From assembly GCA_013823485.1 (NCBI GenBank), contig PNMF01000001.1, forward strand, positions 26,693 to 90,692: DNA of 64,000 bases, given 5' to 3'. Every line of letters begins with the position of its first letter. Positions within the stretch are counted from its first letter, which is position 1. The notes beneath the pieces were generated by a model, which did no database searches, was not told the origin of the DNA, and was given only the letters and a program-made list of their open reading frames with translations. Below, in pieces: positions 1 through 10,815 of the stretch. Position numbers and translations under genes: made by a program. The DNA is from Comamonadaceae bacterium (GTDB taxonomy: Bacteria > Pseudomonadota > Gammaproteobacteria > Burkholderiales > Burkholderiaceae_C).

Positions 1-79
1 TGGACGACACCGGGATGAATTCGGTCAGGCCCTCGACCACGCCCATGACGGCGGCCTTGAGCAGAAGAATGAGATCCAT
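1..79 (-). CDS. uppP: undecaprenyl-diphosphate phosphatase, 5' end only (runs off left edge)
   Basis: Not in the ORF track. Reverse complement from the ATG at 79 reads [26 protein letters not shown], the BacA/UppP N-terminal EGLTEFxPVSS motif. Confidence 0.9.
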   Translation of the reverse strand, partial: MDLILLLKAAVMGVVEGLTEFIPVSS

Positions 80-141
80 GAAGTGCTGCAGCAGTGGGAA
101 CAGCCCGCGATCCTACCCGGCCGGCAGCCGGGGCCCGGCCG

Positions 142-1367
<1,226 letters not shown>

Positions 1368-1371
<4 letters not shown>

Positions 1372-2081
1372 GCCGGCGCGCCCTCGGCGTGCGGACGGGG
1401 CACCTGCAGGGCGTCTTCCACCACGCGGCCGTCGCGGAACACCAGCCGGCGCTGGGCCCAGGCGGCAATGTCGCTCTCGTGCGTGACCATGACCACGGTG
1501 ATGCCGGTGGCGTGCAGGCCGGCCAGCAGCTGCATGACTTCGTCGCTGGTGCGCGAATCGAGGGCGCCGGTGGGCTCGTCGGCCAGGATCAGCGAAGGCT
1601 GGTTCACCAGGGCGCGCGCAATCGCCACCCGTTGCTGCTGGCCGCCCGAGAGCTGCGAAGGCGTGTGGTGGGCCCGCCCGGCCAGCCCCACCTGGGCCAG
1701 CGCCGCCAGCGCGCGCTCGCGCCGCTGCGGGGCCGGCACGCCGCCATACACCAGCGGCAGTTCCACGTTTTCCTGAGCGGTGGTGCGGGCCAGCAGGTTG
1801 AACTGCTGGAACACGAAGCCGATGCGCCGGTTGCGCACCTCGGCCAGCCGGTCCGGGGACAGGTCCTGCACCGGTTCGCCGGCCAGCCGGTATTCGCCGG
1901 TGTCGGGCCGGTCCAGACAGCCCAGCACATTGAGCAGCGTGCTCTTGCCGGAGCCGGAGGCGCCCATGATGGCCACGAACTCGCCGGCCTGGATGTCGAG
2001 CGACACGCCGGCCAGCGCATGCACCGCCTGGTCGCCGGTGCCGTAGGTCTTGTGCAGGTCGCGGAGTTCGATCAGGGCCAT
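1368..2081 (-). CDS. MacB/LolD-like ABC transporter ATP-binding protein
   Basis: Walker A GASGSGKS, signature [15 protein letters not shown], Walker [12 protein letters not shown]; 4-nt overlap with the permease gene. Confidence 0.95.
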
Positions 2082-2091
2082 GCTGCGGGCC

Positions 2092-3402
2092 TCAGAACGG
2101 CAGGCGCGGAGCCGGCTGGCGCGGGCGCCCGGAGGCTGGCTGGGCAGCCCCGCCCTGCACGCCGGTGATGACCTTCGCGCCCTCCACCACCAGATCTGCG
2201 TTGGGGGTGTCGGGCTTGAGCATCACCTCGGTGTAGCTGCCGTCGGTGACGCCGGTACCCACCGCCACCGTGACCGGCTGGTTGGCGGCATCGAGCAGGT
2301 GGATGCGGCCACGCGGCGGGCCGCCCCGCGCACCGGTGGCCGCGCCGTTGCCGGCCTCGGGGCCGGGCAGGCGCACGCGCAGCGCGGCGTTCGGCACCTT
2401 CAGCACATCCTCGCGCTGGTCGGTGACCACGCGCACATTGGCGGTCATGCCGGGCAGCAGGCGGCTGTCGCCGTTGGCAAAGCCGACCACCGCGATGTAG
2501 GTGATGACGTTGGACACATTGGTGGCCGCCTTGCGGACCTGGCGCACCTCGCCCTCGAAGGTACGGCCCGGGAAGGCATCGACAGTGAAACTGGCTTTCT
2601 GGCCGGGGCGGATGCGGCCCACATCGGCCTCGTCGATGCTGGCGTCCACCTGCATCTCGGAGAGGTTCTGCGCAATCACGAACAGCTCGGGCGCCTGCAG
2701 GCTGGCGGCCACGGTCTGGCCGCGCTCCACCGTGCGCTTGATGACGATGCCGTCCACCGGCGAGGTGATGCGGGTGCGCGAGAGGTCGACCCGCGCCTGC
2801 GACACCGCTGCCTCGCGCTGCTTGACGTTGGCACGGGCGCTGCTGATCTGCGCTTCGCTCACGCCCACCAGCGCCTCGACCGCCTTCAGCGATTCCTGGG
2901 CCGAGGCCAGGGCGGCGCGGGTGCGGTCGGCCTCGCTCTGGGCGATGAAGCCCTGGGCCACCAGGCTCAGGCTGCGATCGTGGTTGCGCTGGGCCTCGGC
3001 CAGTTCGGTGCGGGCGCGCGAGACGTTGGCGCGGGCAGAAGCGGCATTGGCCTGCGCAATGGCCACGGCCGCATTCGATGCGTCGAGGTCGGCCAGGGCG
3101 GAGTTGAGGCGGTATTCGAGTGTCTGGGGGTCGATCTGTGCGATCAGCTGGCCGGCCTTGACCTCGCTGTTGAAGTCGACGAACACGTCCCGGACCTGGC
3201 CCGAGACCTGGGTGCCCACCGACACCTGCTTGACCGGGTTGACCGCGCCGCTGGCCGACACGGTGGCCTGCAGGTTGCCGCGCTCCAGCGTGGCGCTGCG
3301 GTACTGCACCGCAGACGCACCGCTGCGGCTCCACCACCACCAGCCACCGCCGGCCAACAGGGCCAGCAGCAGCACCAACAACATCCAGCGAGTACGGGTC
3401 AT
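2092..3402 (-). CDS. MacA-like periplasmic adaptor (membrane fusion protein)
   Basis: N-terminal TM anchor, lipoyl half-motifs (VGTQVSGQV...VKAGQLIAQID; ITSPVDGIVI...GQTV), long coiled coil; first gene of the ABC operon. Confidence 0.92.
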   Translation of the reverse strand: MTRTRWMLLVLLLALLAGGGWWWWSRSGASAVQYRSATLERGNLQATVSASGAVNPVKQVSVGTQVSGQVRDVFVDFNSEVKAGQLIAQIDPQTLEYRLNSALADLDASNAAVAIAQANAASARANVSRARTELAEAQRNHDRSLSLVAQGFIAQSEADRTRAALASAQESLKAVEALVGVSEAQISSARANVKQREAAVSQARVDLSRTRITSPVDGIVIKRTVERGQTVAASLQAPELFVIAQNLSEMQVDASIDEADVGRIRPGQKASFTVDAFPGRTFEGEVRQVRKAATNVSNVITYIAVVGFANGDSRLLPGMTANVRVVTDQREDVLKVPNAALRVRLPGPEAGNGAATGARGGPPRGRIHLLDAANQPVTVAVGTGVTDGSYTEVMLKPDTPNADLVVEGAKVITGVQGGAAQPASGRPRQPAPRLPF

Positions 3403-3415
3403 GCCGGAATTGTAG

Positions 3416-3440
3416 GAAGCGCTCCTCGGGGGAGCGCTTC
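3416..3440. terminator. perfect 10-bp stem hairpin, possible terminator of the 3514-3912 gene
   Basis: GAAGCGCTCC-TCGGG-GGAGCGCTTC; no strong U-tract. Confidence 0.45.
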
Positions 3441-3513
3441 AGCGGGGTATCCCCCGGGTATCAGGCCGGTAAAGCCGGCGGTGCCGGACGGGGGCACCGG
3501 CCGGCGGGACCGG

Positions 3514-3912
3514 TCAGTCGTCCCAGCGATCGTGGCCGCGGCCGTGGCGACGACCATCGTGCCAACGGTGGTGCTTGTGGCCCTTCTTCCAGTGGCGCGG
3601 ACGGTAGTCGTCGTCGTAGTAGTAGATGGGCTGGGGCGCCACCACCACCGGGCGCGGGTACACCACCACCGGACGCGGCTGGTAGTAATAACCGGCCGGC
3701 GGGCCGTACACCACCGGCGGTGCATTCGCCACACCTACGGCCACACCGGGCGACTGGATGCCGATGGACCAGTACACGCTGTCGCGGGCCTCGGCCTCGC
3801 TGACCACGGCCGATGCGGCCCAGGCACCGGCGGCCATCACGGCGGCCGTCAGGCCACGTGCCCAGCCACTGAACGGGCGCGACACGGCAGGGAGTCGAAG
3901 GGCGGATTGCAT
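3514..3912 (-). CDS. exported Pro/Val/Tyr-rich (PXPV-like) hypothetical protein with His/Arg-rich tail
   Basis: GAGGAG upstream of the ATG at 3912; signal-like segment, then VYWSIGIQSPGVAVGVANAPPVVY...PRPVVV and a RHWKKGHKHHRWH tail. Confidence 0.7.
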   Translation of the reverse strand: MQSALRLPAVSRPFSGWARGLTAAVMAAGAWAASAVVSEAEARDSVYWSIGIQSPGVAVGVANAPPVVYGPPAGYYYQPRPVVVYPRPVVVAPQPIYYYDDDYRPRHWKKGHKHHRWHDGRRHGRGHDRWDD

Positions 3913-4046
3913 GGAGAAACTCCTCGAAGGATTCGCACCGGAACATACCGGCTGCGTGGGATGGATTACAAAACGGGAGAAGGAACACACTGCCCCACGC
4001 AACGTCAAAGTCGTTTCAAGTCGTAAACCCCCTCCCCGTATCCGCC

Positions 4047-4682
4047 ATGACCGACGACCTGCCCTCCCCCCACCCCGACGCGCACGCCGTGCTGGACTTC
4101 TGGTTCGGCGACAGCCTGGCCCATGGCTGGCCGGTGGTGCCGCGCAAACCGCTGTGGTTCGGCAACGACCCGGCCACCGACAGCACCATCCGCGAACGCT
4201 TCGGCGCCCTGGTGGCGCAGGCCGCGGCCGGCGGGCTGCAGGCCTGGGAGGCCAGCCCGCCAGATCGGCTGGCCCTGCTGGTGCTGCTGGACCAGTTCAC
4301 CCGCAACCTGCACCGGGGCCGGGCGGAAGCCTTTGCCGGCGACGCCCGGGCCTGCGCCCTGGCCCGGGACACGCTCGATCGCGGCCTGGACCGGCAGCTG
4401 CCCCCGATCGGCCGGGTGTTCGTGCTGATGCCCCTGATGCACGCCGAAGACCTGGCCCTGCAGGACCGCTGCATCCGTGGCTTCGAGGAACTGCTGGCCG
4501 CCACACCGGACGCGCACACCGTGGCCCGGGCCGATCTGGAGAGCCACCTGCAGTTCGCCCGGGTGCACCGCGACATCGTGCTGCGCTTCGGCCGCTTCCC
4601 GCACCGCAACGCCGCACTGGGCCGGCGCAGCACCGACGAGGAAACCGCCTTCCTGGTGGACGGGCCCCGCTTCGGACAGTAA
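4047..4682 (+). CDS. DUF924 family protein
   Basis: VLDFWFG, LLDQFTRNLHRG, MPLMHAED and RFGRFPHRNAALGR motifs. Confidence 0.9.
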   Translation: MTDDLPSPHPDAHAVLDFWFGDSLAHGWPVVPRKPLWFGNDPATDSTIRERFGALVAQAAAGGLQAWEASPPDRLALLVLLDQFTRNLHRGRAEAFAGDARACALARDTLDRGLDRQLPPIGRVFVLMPLMHAEDLALQDRCIRGFEELLAATPDAHTVARADLESHLQFARVHRDIVLRFGRFPHRNAALGRRSTDEETAFLVDGPRFGQ

Positions 4683-4709
4683 TGCCGGAGGCTTCAGACA
4701 CCCCCAGGG

Positions 4710-4727
4710 GTGTCACCAGACTGTCAT
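4710..4727 (+). promoter_or_regulatory. putative PhoB box
   Basis: GTGTCAC-CAGA-CTGTCAT: two TGTCA units 11 bp apart, matching the CTGTCAT-N4-CTGTCAY consensus, 46 nt before a phosphatase-type gene. Confidence 0.7.
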
Positions 4728-4773
4728 CCGAACGGCCTACAACCGGCAGGTGTTTCACACAACCGGACCTGCC

Positions 4774-6423
4774 ATGCAAAAACCCGCCCAACGCCAACCC
4801 GCCGGCTTCATCGCGCCGGTGCTCGCCACCCTGGTCGCCGCCGCTGTCCTGAGCGCCTGCGGCGGCATGGAAGAACCGCCCAAGGGCCCGCCTGTGGGCC
4901 TGGAACTGGAAAAGATCGGTGGCTACGCCCACGCCGGCGGTCCCTCGTCGGCAGAAATCACGGCCTTCGATCCCATCAGCCAGCGCCTGTTCGTGGTCAA
5001 CGGCGCGCTGTCGTCGGTGGATGTACTGGACTTCAGCCACCCCGAAGCACCGACGCTGATCCGCTCCATCCCGGCCTCCCTGTTCGGTGCGGGTCTTGCA
5101 GCCATCAACAGCGTGGCGGTGCAGGACGGCATCGTGGCCCTGGCCATCGAGGCCAACCCCAAGACCTCCGCCGGCGTGGTCGGCTGGATGCGCGCCAGCG
5201 ACCTGCAGCCCCTGGGCACCGACACCGTCGGCGCCCTGCCCGACATGCTGACCTTCACCCCCGACGGCCGCACCCTGCTGGTGGCCAACGAAGGCGAGCC
5301 GGACAGCTACAACCAGACGACCTCGATCGATCCCGAGGGCAGCATCAGCGTCATCCGCCTGGGCAAGCTCAAGCCGGATGCCACCCGCATCGAGCGCACC
5401 GTGCTGACCGCCAACTTCCAAGCCTTCAACAGCAAGAAGCAGCGCCTGCAGGAGGCCGGCGTCCGCATCTTCGGCCCCGGCGCCACCGTGGCCCAGGACC
5501 TGGAGCCGGAGTACATCGCCGTCTCCGACGATGGCCGCACCGCCTGGGTGACGCTGCAGGAGAACAATGCCATTGCAGTGCTGGATGTGCGCAACGCCCG
5601 CATCACCGACGTCAAGCCCCTGGGCTTCAAGAACCACAACATGGCCGGCATGGGCATGGACCCGTCCGACCGCGACAGCGTCATCAAGATCGGGCCGGTG
5701 CCGGTCAAGGGCATGTACATGCCGGACGCCATCGCGTCCTTCCAGGCCAAAGGCAAGACCTGGCTGATCACCGCCAACGAGGGCGACGCCCGCGAATACA
5801 CCGGCTTCGCAGAAGAAGTCCGCGTGGCCACCCACTGCCCGGCCGGTCTGGACCCGGCCGTGTTCGCCGACGTTGCCACCCTGATCGGCAGTGCCGGCCT
5901 GGGCCGCCTGAACGTCACCAACACCCCCAACGGCGACCGCACCGGCAAGAACGCGGCGGGCCAGTGCACCGAGCTCTACAGCTTCGGCGGTCGCTCGTTC
6001 AGCATCTGGAACACCGACATCCAGCGCGTGGCCGACTCCGGGGAAGACCTCGAGCGCCTGACCACCAACCTGCCCAACGTGCTGTTCAACGCCAGCAACA
6101 CCAACAACACGCTGGAGAGCCGCAGCACGTCCAAGGGCCCCGAGCCCGAAGGCGTGACCGTGGCCCGCTTCGGCCCCAAGACCTTTGCCTTCATCGGCCT
6201 GGAGCGGGTGGGTGGCGTGGTGGTGTACGACGTGAGCGAGCCCGCCAAGCCGCGCCAGGTGAGCTACCTGAACACCCGCGAAGGCGCCGACAAGGGCGAC
6301 CGCGGTCCGGAAGGCCTGACCTACATTTCGGCCGACGACTCGCCCACCGGCGAGCCGCTGCTGGTGGTCGGCCACGAGAGCAGCGGCACGACCGCCGTGT
6401 ACCGCATCCGCCCCACCTACTGA
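4774..6423 (+). CDS. choice-of-anchor I family beta-propeller lipoprotein (alkaline phosphatase-like)
   Basis: Lipobox AVLSAC; motifs GALPDMLTFTPDG, VANEGEP, DLEPEYI, MYMPDAI, TANEGDAR, KGPEPEG, FIGLERVGG, GPEGL. Confidence 0.8.
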   Translation: MQKPAQRQPAGFIAPVLATLVAAAVLSACGGMEEPPKGPPVGLELEKIGGYAHAGGPSSAEITAFDPISQRLFVVNGALSSVDVLDFSHPEAPTLIRSIPASLFGAGLAAINSVAVQDGIVALAIEANPKTSAGVVGWMRASDLQPLGTDTVGALPDMLTFTPDGRTLLVANEGEPDSYNQTTSIDPEGSISVIRLGKLKPDATRIERTVLTANFQAFNSKKQRLQEAGVRIFGPGATVAQDLEPEYIAVSDDGRTAWVTLQENNAIAVLDVRNARITDVKPLGFKNHNMAGMGMDPSDRDSVIKIGPVPVKGMYMPDAIASFQAKGKTWLITANEGDAREYTGFAEEVRVATHCPAGLDPAVFADVATLIGSAGLGRLNVTNTPNGDRTGKNAAGQCTELYSFGGRSFSIWNTDIQRVADSGEDLERLTTNLPNVLFNASNTNNTLESRSTSKGPEPEGVTVARFGPKTFAFIGLERVGGVVVYDVSEPAKPRQVSYLNTREGADKGDRGPEGLTYISADDSPTGEPLLVVGHESSGTTAVYRIRPTY

Positions 6424-6447
6424 GGCGCACGCCCCGGTGCGGAGCGG

Positions 6448-6470
6448 GGTCGGTGATATCGTCACCGACC
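6448..6470. repeat. 9-bp perfect inverted repeat ending at the kefF start codon
   Basis: GGTCGGTGA-TATCG-TCACCGACC immediately followed by the ATG at 6471. Confidence 0.6.
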
Positions 6471-7046
6471 ATGCCCCGCACCCTCATCGTCCATGCCCAC
6501 CCCCGCCCGGCCCAGTCGGTGGCCACGCGGGGGTTGTTGCTGGCGCTGTCGGAACTGCCCGACGTGGCGGTGCGCCCGCTCTACGACCGCTACCCGGACT
6601 TCGACATCGACGTGGCGGCCGAGCAGCAGGCCCTGCGCGAGGCCGACCTCATCATCTGGCTAAGCCCGGTTTACTGGTACAGCGTGCCGGGCCTGCTCAA
6701 GCACTGGTTCGACACCGTGCTGACCCATGGCTGGGCCTACGGCCATGCGCACGCCGCACAGGGCACCGGCCCGGCCACCCAAGCGCTGGCCGGCAAGACC
6801 GCGTGGTGGGTGGCCAGCGCCGGCGGCCTGCCGGCCACCTACGGCCCGGCCGGTGAACACGGCCGGCCCTTCGCCGACTACACCTACGCCATCGAACAGA
6901 CCGCCCGCTTCTGCGGCATGCACTGGGCGCCGCCCTTCGTGCTGCACGGCGGCCACCGGCTCGATGCCGCTGCCCGCGCCGAGGCCGGGCATGAACTGCG
7001 CCGCCAGGCGCAAGCCCTGCTGGCCTCCCTGGAGCGCCGCACATGA
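6471..7046 (+). CDS. kefF: KefF/KefG-type flavodoxin-fold ancillary protein of K+ efflux system
   Basis: 3' part of the 4710..7046 frame: LIVHAHP, LYDRYPDFDIDV, PVYWYSVPGLLKHWFD; overlaps kefC by 4 nt. Confidence 0.85.
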   Translation: MPRTLIVHAHPRPAQSVATRGLLLALSELPDVAVRPLYDRYPDFDIDVAAEQQALREADLIIWLSPVYWYSVPGLLKHWFDTVLTHGWAYGHAHAAQGTGPATQALAGKTAWWVASAGGLPATYGPAGEHGRPFADYTYAIEQTARFCGMHWAPPFVLHGGHRLDAAARAEAGHELRRQAQALLASLERRT

Positions 7047-8860
7047 ACCAGGCCATCGTCTTTCTGGCGGTGGCGCTGGTGTTCGTGCCGCTGGCGGTGC
7101 GCCTGGGCCTGGGTTCGGTGCTGGGCTATCTGCTGGCGGGTGTGGCCATCGGCCCGCTGGGCCTCGCATTGGTGTCCGACCCGGCCGCGCTGCTGCACAC
7201 CTCCGAACTCGGGGTGGTGCTGATGCTGTTCGTGATTGGTCTGGAGCTGGAGCCTCGGCGCCTGTGGGCCATGCGCCGCGCCGTGTTCGGCGGCGGCACC
7301 GCGCAGATGGCCCTCTGTGCCGCCCTGCTCATGCCGGTGGGCCTGCTGCTGGGCTGGAGCTGGCAGGCCGCGCTGGTGGCGGCCCTGGCGCTGGCGCTGT
7401 CCAGCACCGCCATCGTGGTCGGCCTGCTGCAGGAGCGCCATTTGATGGCCCTGCCGGTGGGCCGACACGGCTTTTCCATGCTGCTGCTCCAGGACATTGC
7501 CGCCATCCCCCTGCTGGGTCTGGCGGCGGCACTCGGCACCGCTGCCACGGCGGGGGCCGGCGGCCACAGCGCTGCAGGCGGCGGCCTGGGCCAGCTCGGC
7601 CTGCAGGCCGCAGCCGTGGTGGCAGTGGTGTTGCTGGGCCGTTTTGCCGCCTACCCGGCCATGCGCTTCGTGGCCACGCTGCCGGTGCGCGAACTGTTCA
7701 CGGCGCTGGCCCTGCTGCTGGTGCTGGGCGTGGCCGCCCTGATGCAGGCGGTGGGCCTGTCGATGGGGCTGGGCGCCTTCATGGCCGGCGTGCTGCTGGC
7801 CAGCTCGCCCTACCGCCATGCGCTGGAGAGCGACCTGCTGCCCTTCAAGGGCCTGCTGCTCGGCCTGTTCTTCATTGCGGTGGGCATGAGCATGCAGCTG
7901 GGTCTGCTGGTCAGCCAGCCGCTGCAGGTGGGTGCGGGCCTGCTGCTGGTGGTGGCGTTGAAAGCGCTGGGACTGTGGCTGCTGGGCCGCTTCATAGGGC
8001 TGCACCGGCGCGAGCGCACCCTGCTGGCGGTGCTGCTGTCGCAGGTGGGCGAATTCGCCTTCGTGGTGCTGGCCGCCGGCCAGCTCAGTGGTGTGCTGCC
8101 GGCCGACACCGCCGGCCTGCTCACCCTGATTGCGGCCCTGTCCATGGCCACCACACCCCTGCTGCTCATGGCGCACGACCGCTGGCTGCAGGCCGACGAA
8201 ACCCCGGCCCGACCGGCCGACACCATCGAGTCCGACCATGCCCCGGTGCTGCTGGCGGGCTTCGGCCGCTACGGCCAGATCGTGGCGCGCCTGCTGCTGG
8301 CCACCGGCATCCGCCCGACGGTGATCGACCACGACGCCGACACCATCGACAGCGCCCGGCGCGCCGGCTTCGTGGTGCATTTCGGCGATGCCACCGAGGC
8401 CGACCTGCTGGCCGCTGCCGGAGCCGCCCAGGCCCGGGTGATGGTGGTGGCCATCGACGACCCCCAGCAGGCCAGCCGGGTGGTCGCCCTGGTGCGCGAA
8501 CACTGGCCGCAGCTGCGCATCGTGGCGCGCGCCCGCGACGCAGTGCACGCCATGGACCTCATGGAAGACGGCGTGCACCATGTGCAGCGCGAACTGTTCG
8601 AAAGCTCGCTGCGCAGCGGCCGTGCGGTGCTCGAAGCGCTGGACTTCGACCCGTTCCATGCCCGCACGCTGGCCGACGATTTCCGGCGCTACTCCGAGGG
8701 CTTCCTGCGCACCGCCCGGGCCGACCGCCACAACCAGGACGACCTGATCCGCCGGGTGCGCGAAGCGCGCGAACAGTTTGAACGCCAGATGCAGGCCGAT
8801 CTGGCCCGCCAGCAACACCGCCCCGGCGAGGTCGGCTGGCAGCGCGACGACCCGGCCTGA
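7043..8860 (+). CDS. kefC: glutathione-regulated potassium efflux protein (KefB/KefC)
   Basis: CPA2 TM domain (LGSVLGYLLAG, LLLQDI, YRHALESD, PFKGLLLGLFF) plus KTN domain (AGFGRYGQ, FGDAT). Confidence 0.9.
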   Translation: MNQAIVFLAVALVFVPLAVRLGLGSVLGYLLAGVAIGPLGLALVSDPAALLHTSELGVVLMLFVIGLELEPRRLWAMRRAVFGGGTAQMALCAALLMPVGLLLGWSWQAALVAALALALSSTAIVVGLLQERHLMALPVGRHGFSMLLLQDIAAIPLLGLAAALGTAATAGAGGHSAAGGGLGQLGLQAAAVVAVVLLGRFAAYPAMRFVATLPVRELFTALALLLVLGVAALMQAVGLSMGLGAFMAGVLLASSPYRHALESDLLPFKGLLLGLFFIAVGMSMQLGLLVSQPLQVGAGLLLVVALKALGLWLLGRFIGLHRRERTLLAVLLSQVGEFAFVVLAAGQLSGVLPADTAGLLTLIAALSMATTPLLLMAHDRWLQADETPARPADTIESDHAPVLLAGFGRYGQIVARLLLATGIRPTVIDHDADTIDSARRAGFVVHFGDATEADLLAAAGAAQARVMVVAIDDPQQASRVVALVREHWPQLRIVARARDAVHAMDLMEDGVHHVQRELFESSLRSGRAVLEALDFDPFHARTLADDFRRYSEGFLRTARADRHNQDDLIRRVREAREQFERQMQADLARQQHRPGEVGWQRDDPA

Positions 8861-8903
8861 ACCGGCACGGTGCCAGCGCCGGAGCGGCCCCTAGAATGGC
8901 CGG

Positions 8904-10760
8904 ATGAGCTCCACCCCGCACCCGAACAACACCCCCGCCAACGCCCAGCCCGCCGCCCCCGAGGGCGAGCACAAGGTCAGCAACTTCCTGCGCCAGATCA
9001 TCGAGAAAGACCTGGAGCAAGGCACCTACGCCAGCCGCCGCTGGGGCGGTGCACCCGGCGATGCCACCCACCACGCCGCCGGCACACCCGACCCCGCCAA
9101 GATCCGTACCCGCTTCCCCCCCGAGCCCAACGGCTACCTGCACGTGGGCCACGCCAAAAGCATCTGCCTGAACTTCGGCCTGGCGCGCGACTACGGCGGC
9201 GTGTGCCACATGCGTTTCGACGACACCAACCCCGAGAAGGAAGAGCAGGAATACGTCGACTCCATCCTGGACGCGGTGCAGTGGCTCGGCTTTGGCTGGC
9301 AGAGCGGCTTCAACGGGAAGACCGAAGATCACCTGTACTACGCGTCGAATTACTTCGACTTCATGTACCGCGCCGCCGAAGCGCTGATCACCGCCGGCCA
9401 CGCCTATGTGGACGAACAGACGGCCGAAGAGATGCGCGTCAACCGGGGCGACTTCAACAAGCCCGGTGTGGACAGCCCCTTCCGCAGCCGCACCCCGGAA
9501 GAGAACCTGGCCCGCTTCCGCGAAATGCGCGACGGCCAGCTGGCCGACGGCGCCGCCGTGCTGCGGGCCAAGATCAGCATGCAGTCGCCCAACATCAACC
9601 TGCGCGACCCGGCCATCTACCGCATCCGCCGCGCCACCCACCACAACACGGGCGATGCCTGGTGCATCTACCCCATGTACACCTTTGCGCACCCCATCGA
9701 AGATGCGCTGGAACAGATCACCCACAGCATCTGCACGCTGGAATTTGAAGACCAGCGCCCGTTCTACGACTGGCTGCTCGAACGCCTGACCGAATGCGGC
9801 CTGCTGCAGGCTCCGCCGCCGCGCCAGTACGAATTTGCCCGCCTCAACCTCACCTACGTGATCACCAGCAAACGCAAGCTGGCCCAGCTGGTAAACGAGC
9901 ACAAGGTGAGCGGCTGGGACGACCCGCGCATGCCCACCATCGTCGGCCTGCGCCGGCGCGGCTACACGCCTGAGGCCATCCAGCTGTTTGCTGAACGCAT
10001 CGGCGTCACCAAGAGCGACAGCTGGATCGACTACAGCACCCTCGACGGCTGCCTGCGCGAAGACCTGGAGAACAAGGCCCACCGCGGCATGGCCGTGCTC
10101 GACCCGGTGAAACTGGTGCTGACCAACTGGGCCGAGGTGTTCGGGTCCGACGGCTACACCGAGCCCTGCACCCAGCCCGCCCTGCCCCACAGCGCGATGG
10201 CCGAAGGCCAGACACCCCCGCCCGACCGCGTGTTCCAGATCGGCAAGGAGGTGTGGATCGAACGCGAGGACTTTGAAGAAGTGCCGCCCAAGGGCTACAA
10301 GCGGCTGTTCCCGGGCAACGTGGTGCGCCTCAAGGGTGGCTATGTGATCGAGTGCACCGGCTGCACCAAGGATGAGAACGGCAACGTGACGGCAGTGCAC
10401 GCCAAGGTCATCCCCGGCACCAAGAGCGGCACCCCCGGCGCCGACAGCGTCAAGGCCAAGGCCGCCATCACCTGGGTCGGCGTGGCCGACGGCGTCAGCG
10501 CCGAAGTGCGTCTCTACGACCGCCTGTTCAGCGACCCGCACCCCGACGCCGGCGGCAAGAACTTCCTGGACGCCCTCAACCCCGACAGCTTGAAGGTCGT
10601 GACCGCCTATGTGGAGCCGTCACTGGCGGCAGCGAAGCCGGACCAGAAGTTCCAGTTCGAGCGGCACGGGTACTTCGTGGCGGATCGGGTGGATCACGGG
10701 GTGGGGGGGAAGGTGGTGTTCAACCGGGTGACGGGGTTGAAGGATGGTTGGGGCAAGTGA
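8904..10760 (+). CDS. glnS: glutamine--tRNA ligase
   Basis: RFPPEPNGYLHVGH (HIGH), RFDDTNP, TSKRKL (KMSKS), QFERHGYF. Confidence 0.97.
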   Translation: MSSTPHPNNTPANAQPAAPEGEHKVSNFLRQIIEKDLEQGTYASRRWGGAPGDATHHAAGTPDPAKIRTRFPPEPNGYLHVGHAKSICLNFGLARDYGGVCHMRFDDTNPEKEEQEYVDSILDAVQWLGFGWQSGFNGKTEDHLYYASNYFDFMYRAAEALITAGHAYVDEQTAEEMRVNRGDFNKPGVDSPFRSRTPEENLARFREMRDGQLADGAAVLRAKISMQSPNINLRDPAIYRIRRATHHNTGDAWCIYPMYTFAHPIEDALEQITHSICTLEFEDQRPFYDWLLERLTECGLLQAPPPRQYEFARLNLTYVITSKRKLAQLVNEHKVSGWDDPRMPTIVGLRRRGYTPEAIQLFAERIGVTKSDSWIDYSTLDGCLREDLENKAHRGMAVLDPVKLVLTNWAEVFGSDGYTEPCTQPALPHSAMAEGQTPPPDRVFQIGKEVWIEREDFEEVPPKGYKRLFPGNVVRLKGGYVIECTGCTKDENGNVTAVHAKVIPGTKSGTPGADSVKAKAAITWVGVADGVSAEVRLYDRLFSDPHPDAGGKNFLDALNPDSLKVVTAYVEPSLAAAKPDQKFQFERHGYFVADRVDHGVGGKVVFNRVTGLKDGWGK

Positions 10761-10815
10761 ATACTGGCCAGGCCGGCCGTTTACCGGCCAACCCTGGCCA
10801 CCTACACTACGCCCC

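Noticed and set aside
2050-4026. Long ORFs antisense or out of frame to real genes (also 4297-6465, 8559-10541, 34200-36356, 38112-40373, 42582-44999, 54567-57272)
   Set aside because: Shadow ORFs expected at very high GC. They overlap genes with clear family motifs and have no recognisable motifs themselves.
4710-6470. 778-aa ORF suggesting a large N-terminal fusion to KefF
   Set aside because: The upstream part is an Arg/Pro/Gly-rich alternative frame of the phosphatase-like gene; KefF motifs begin at the ATG at 6471.
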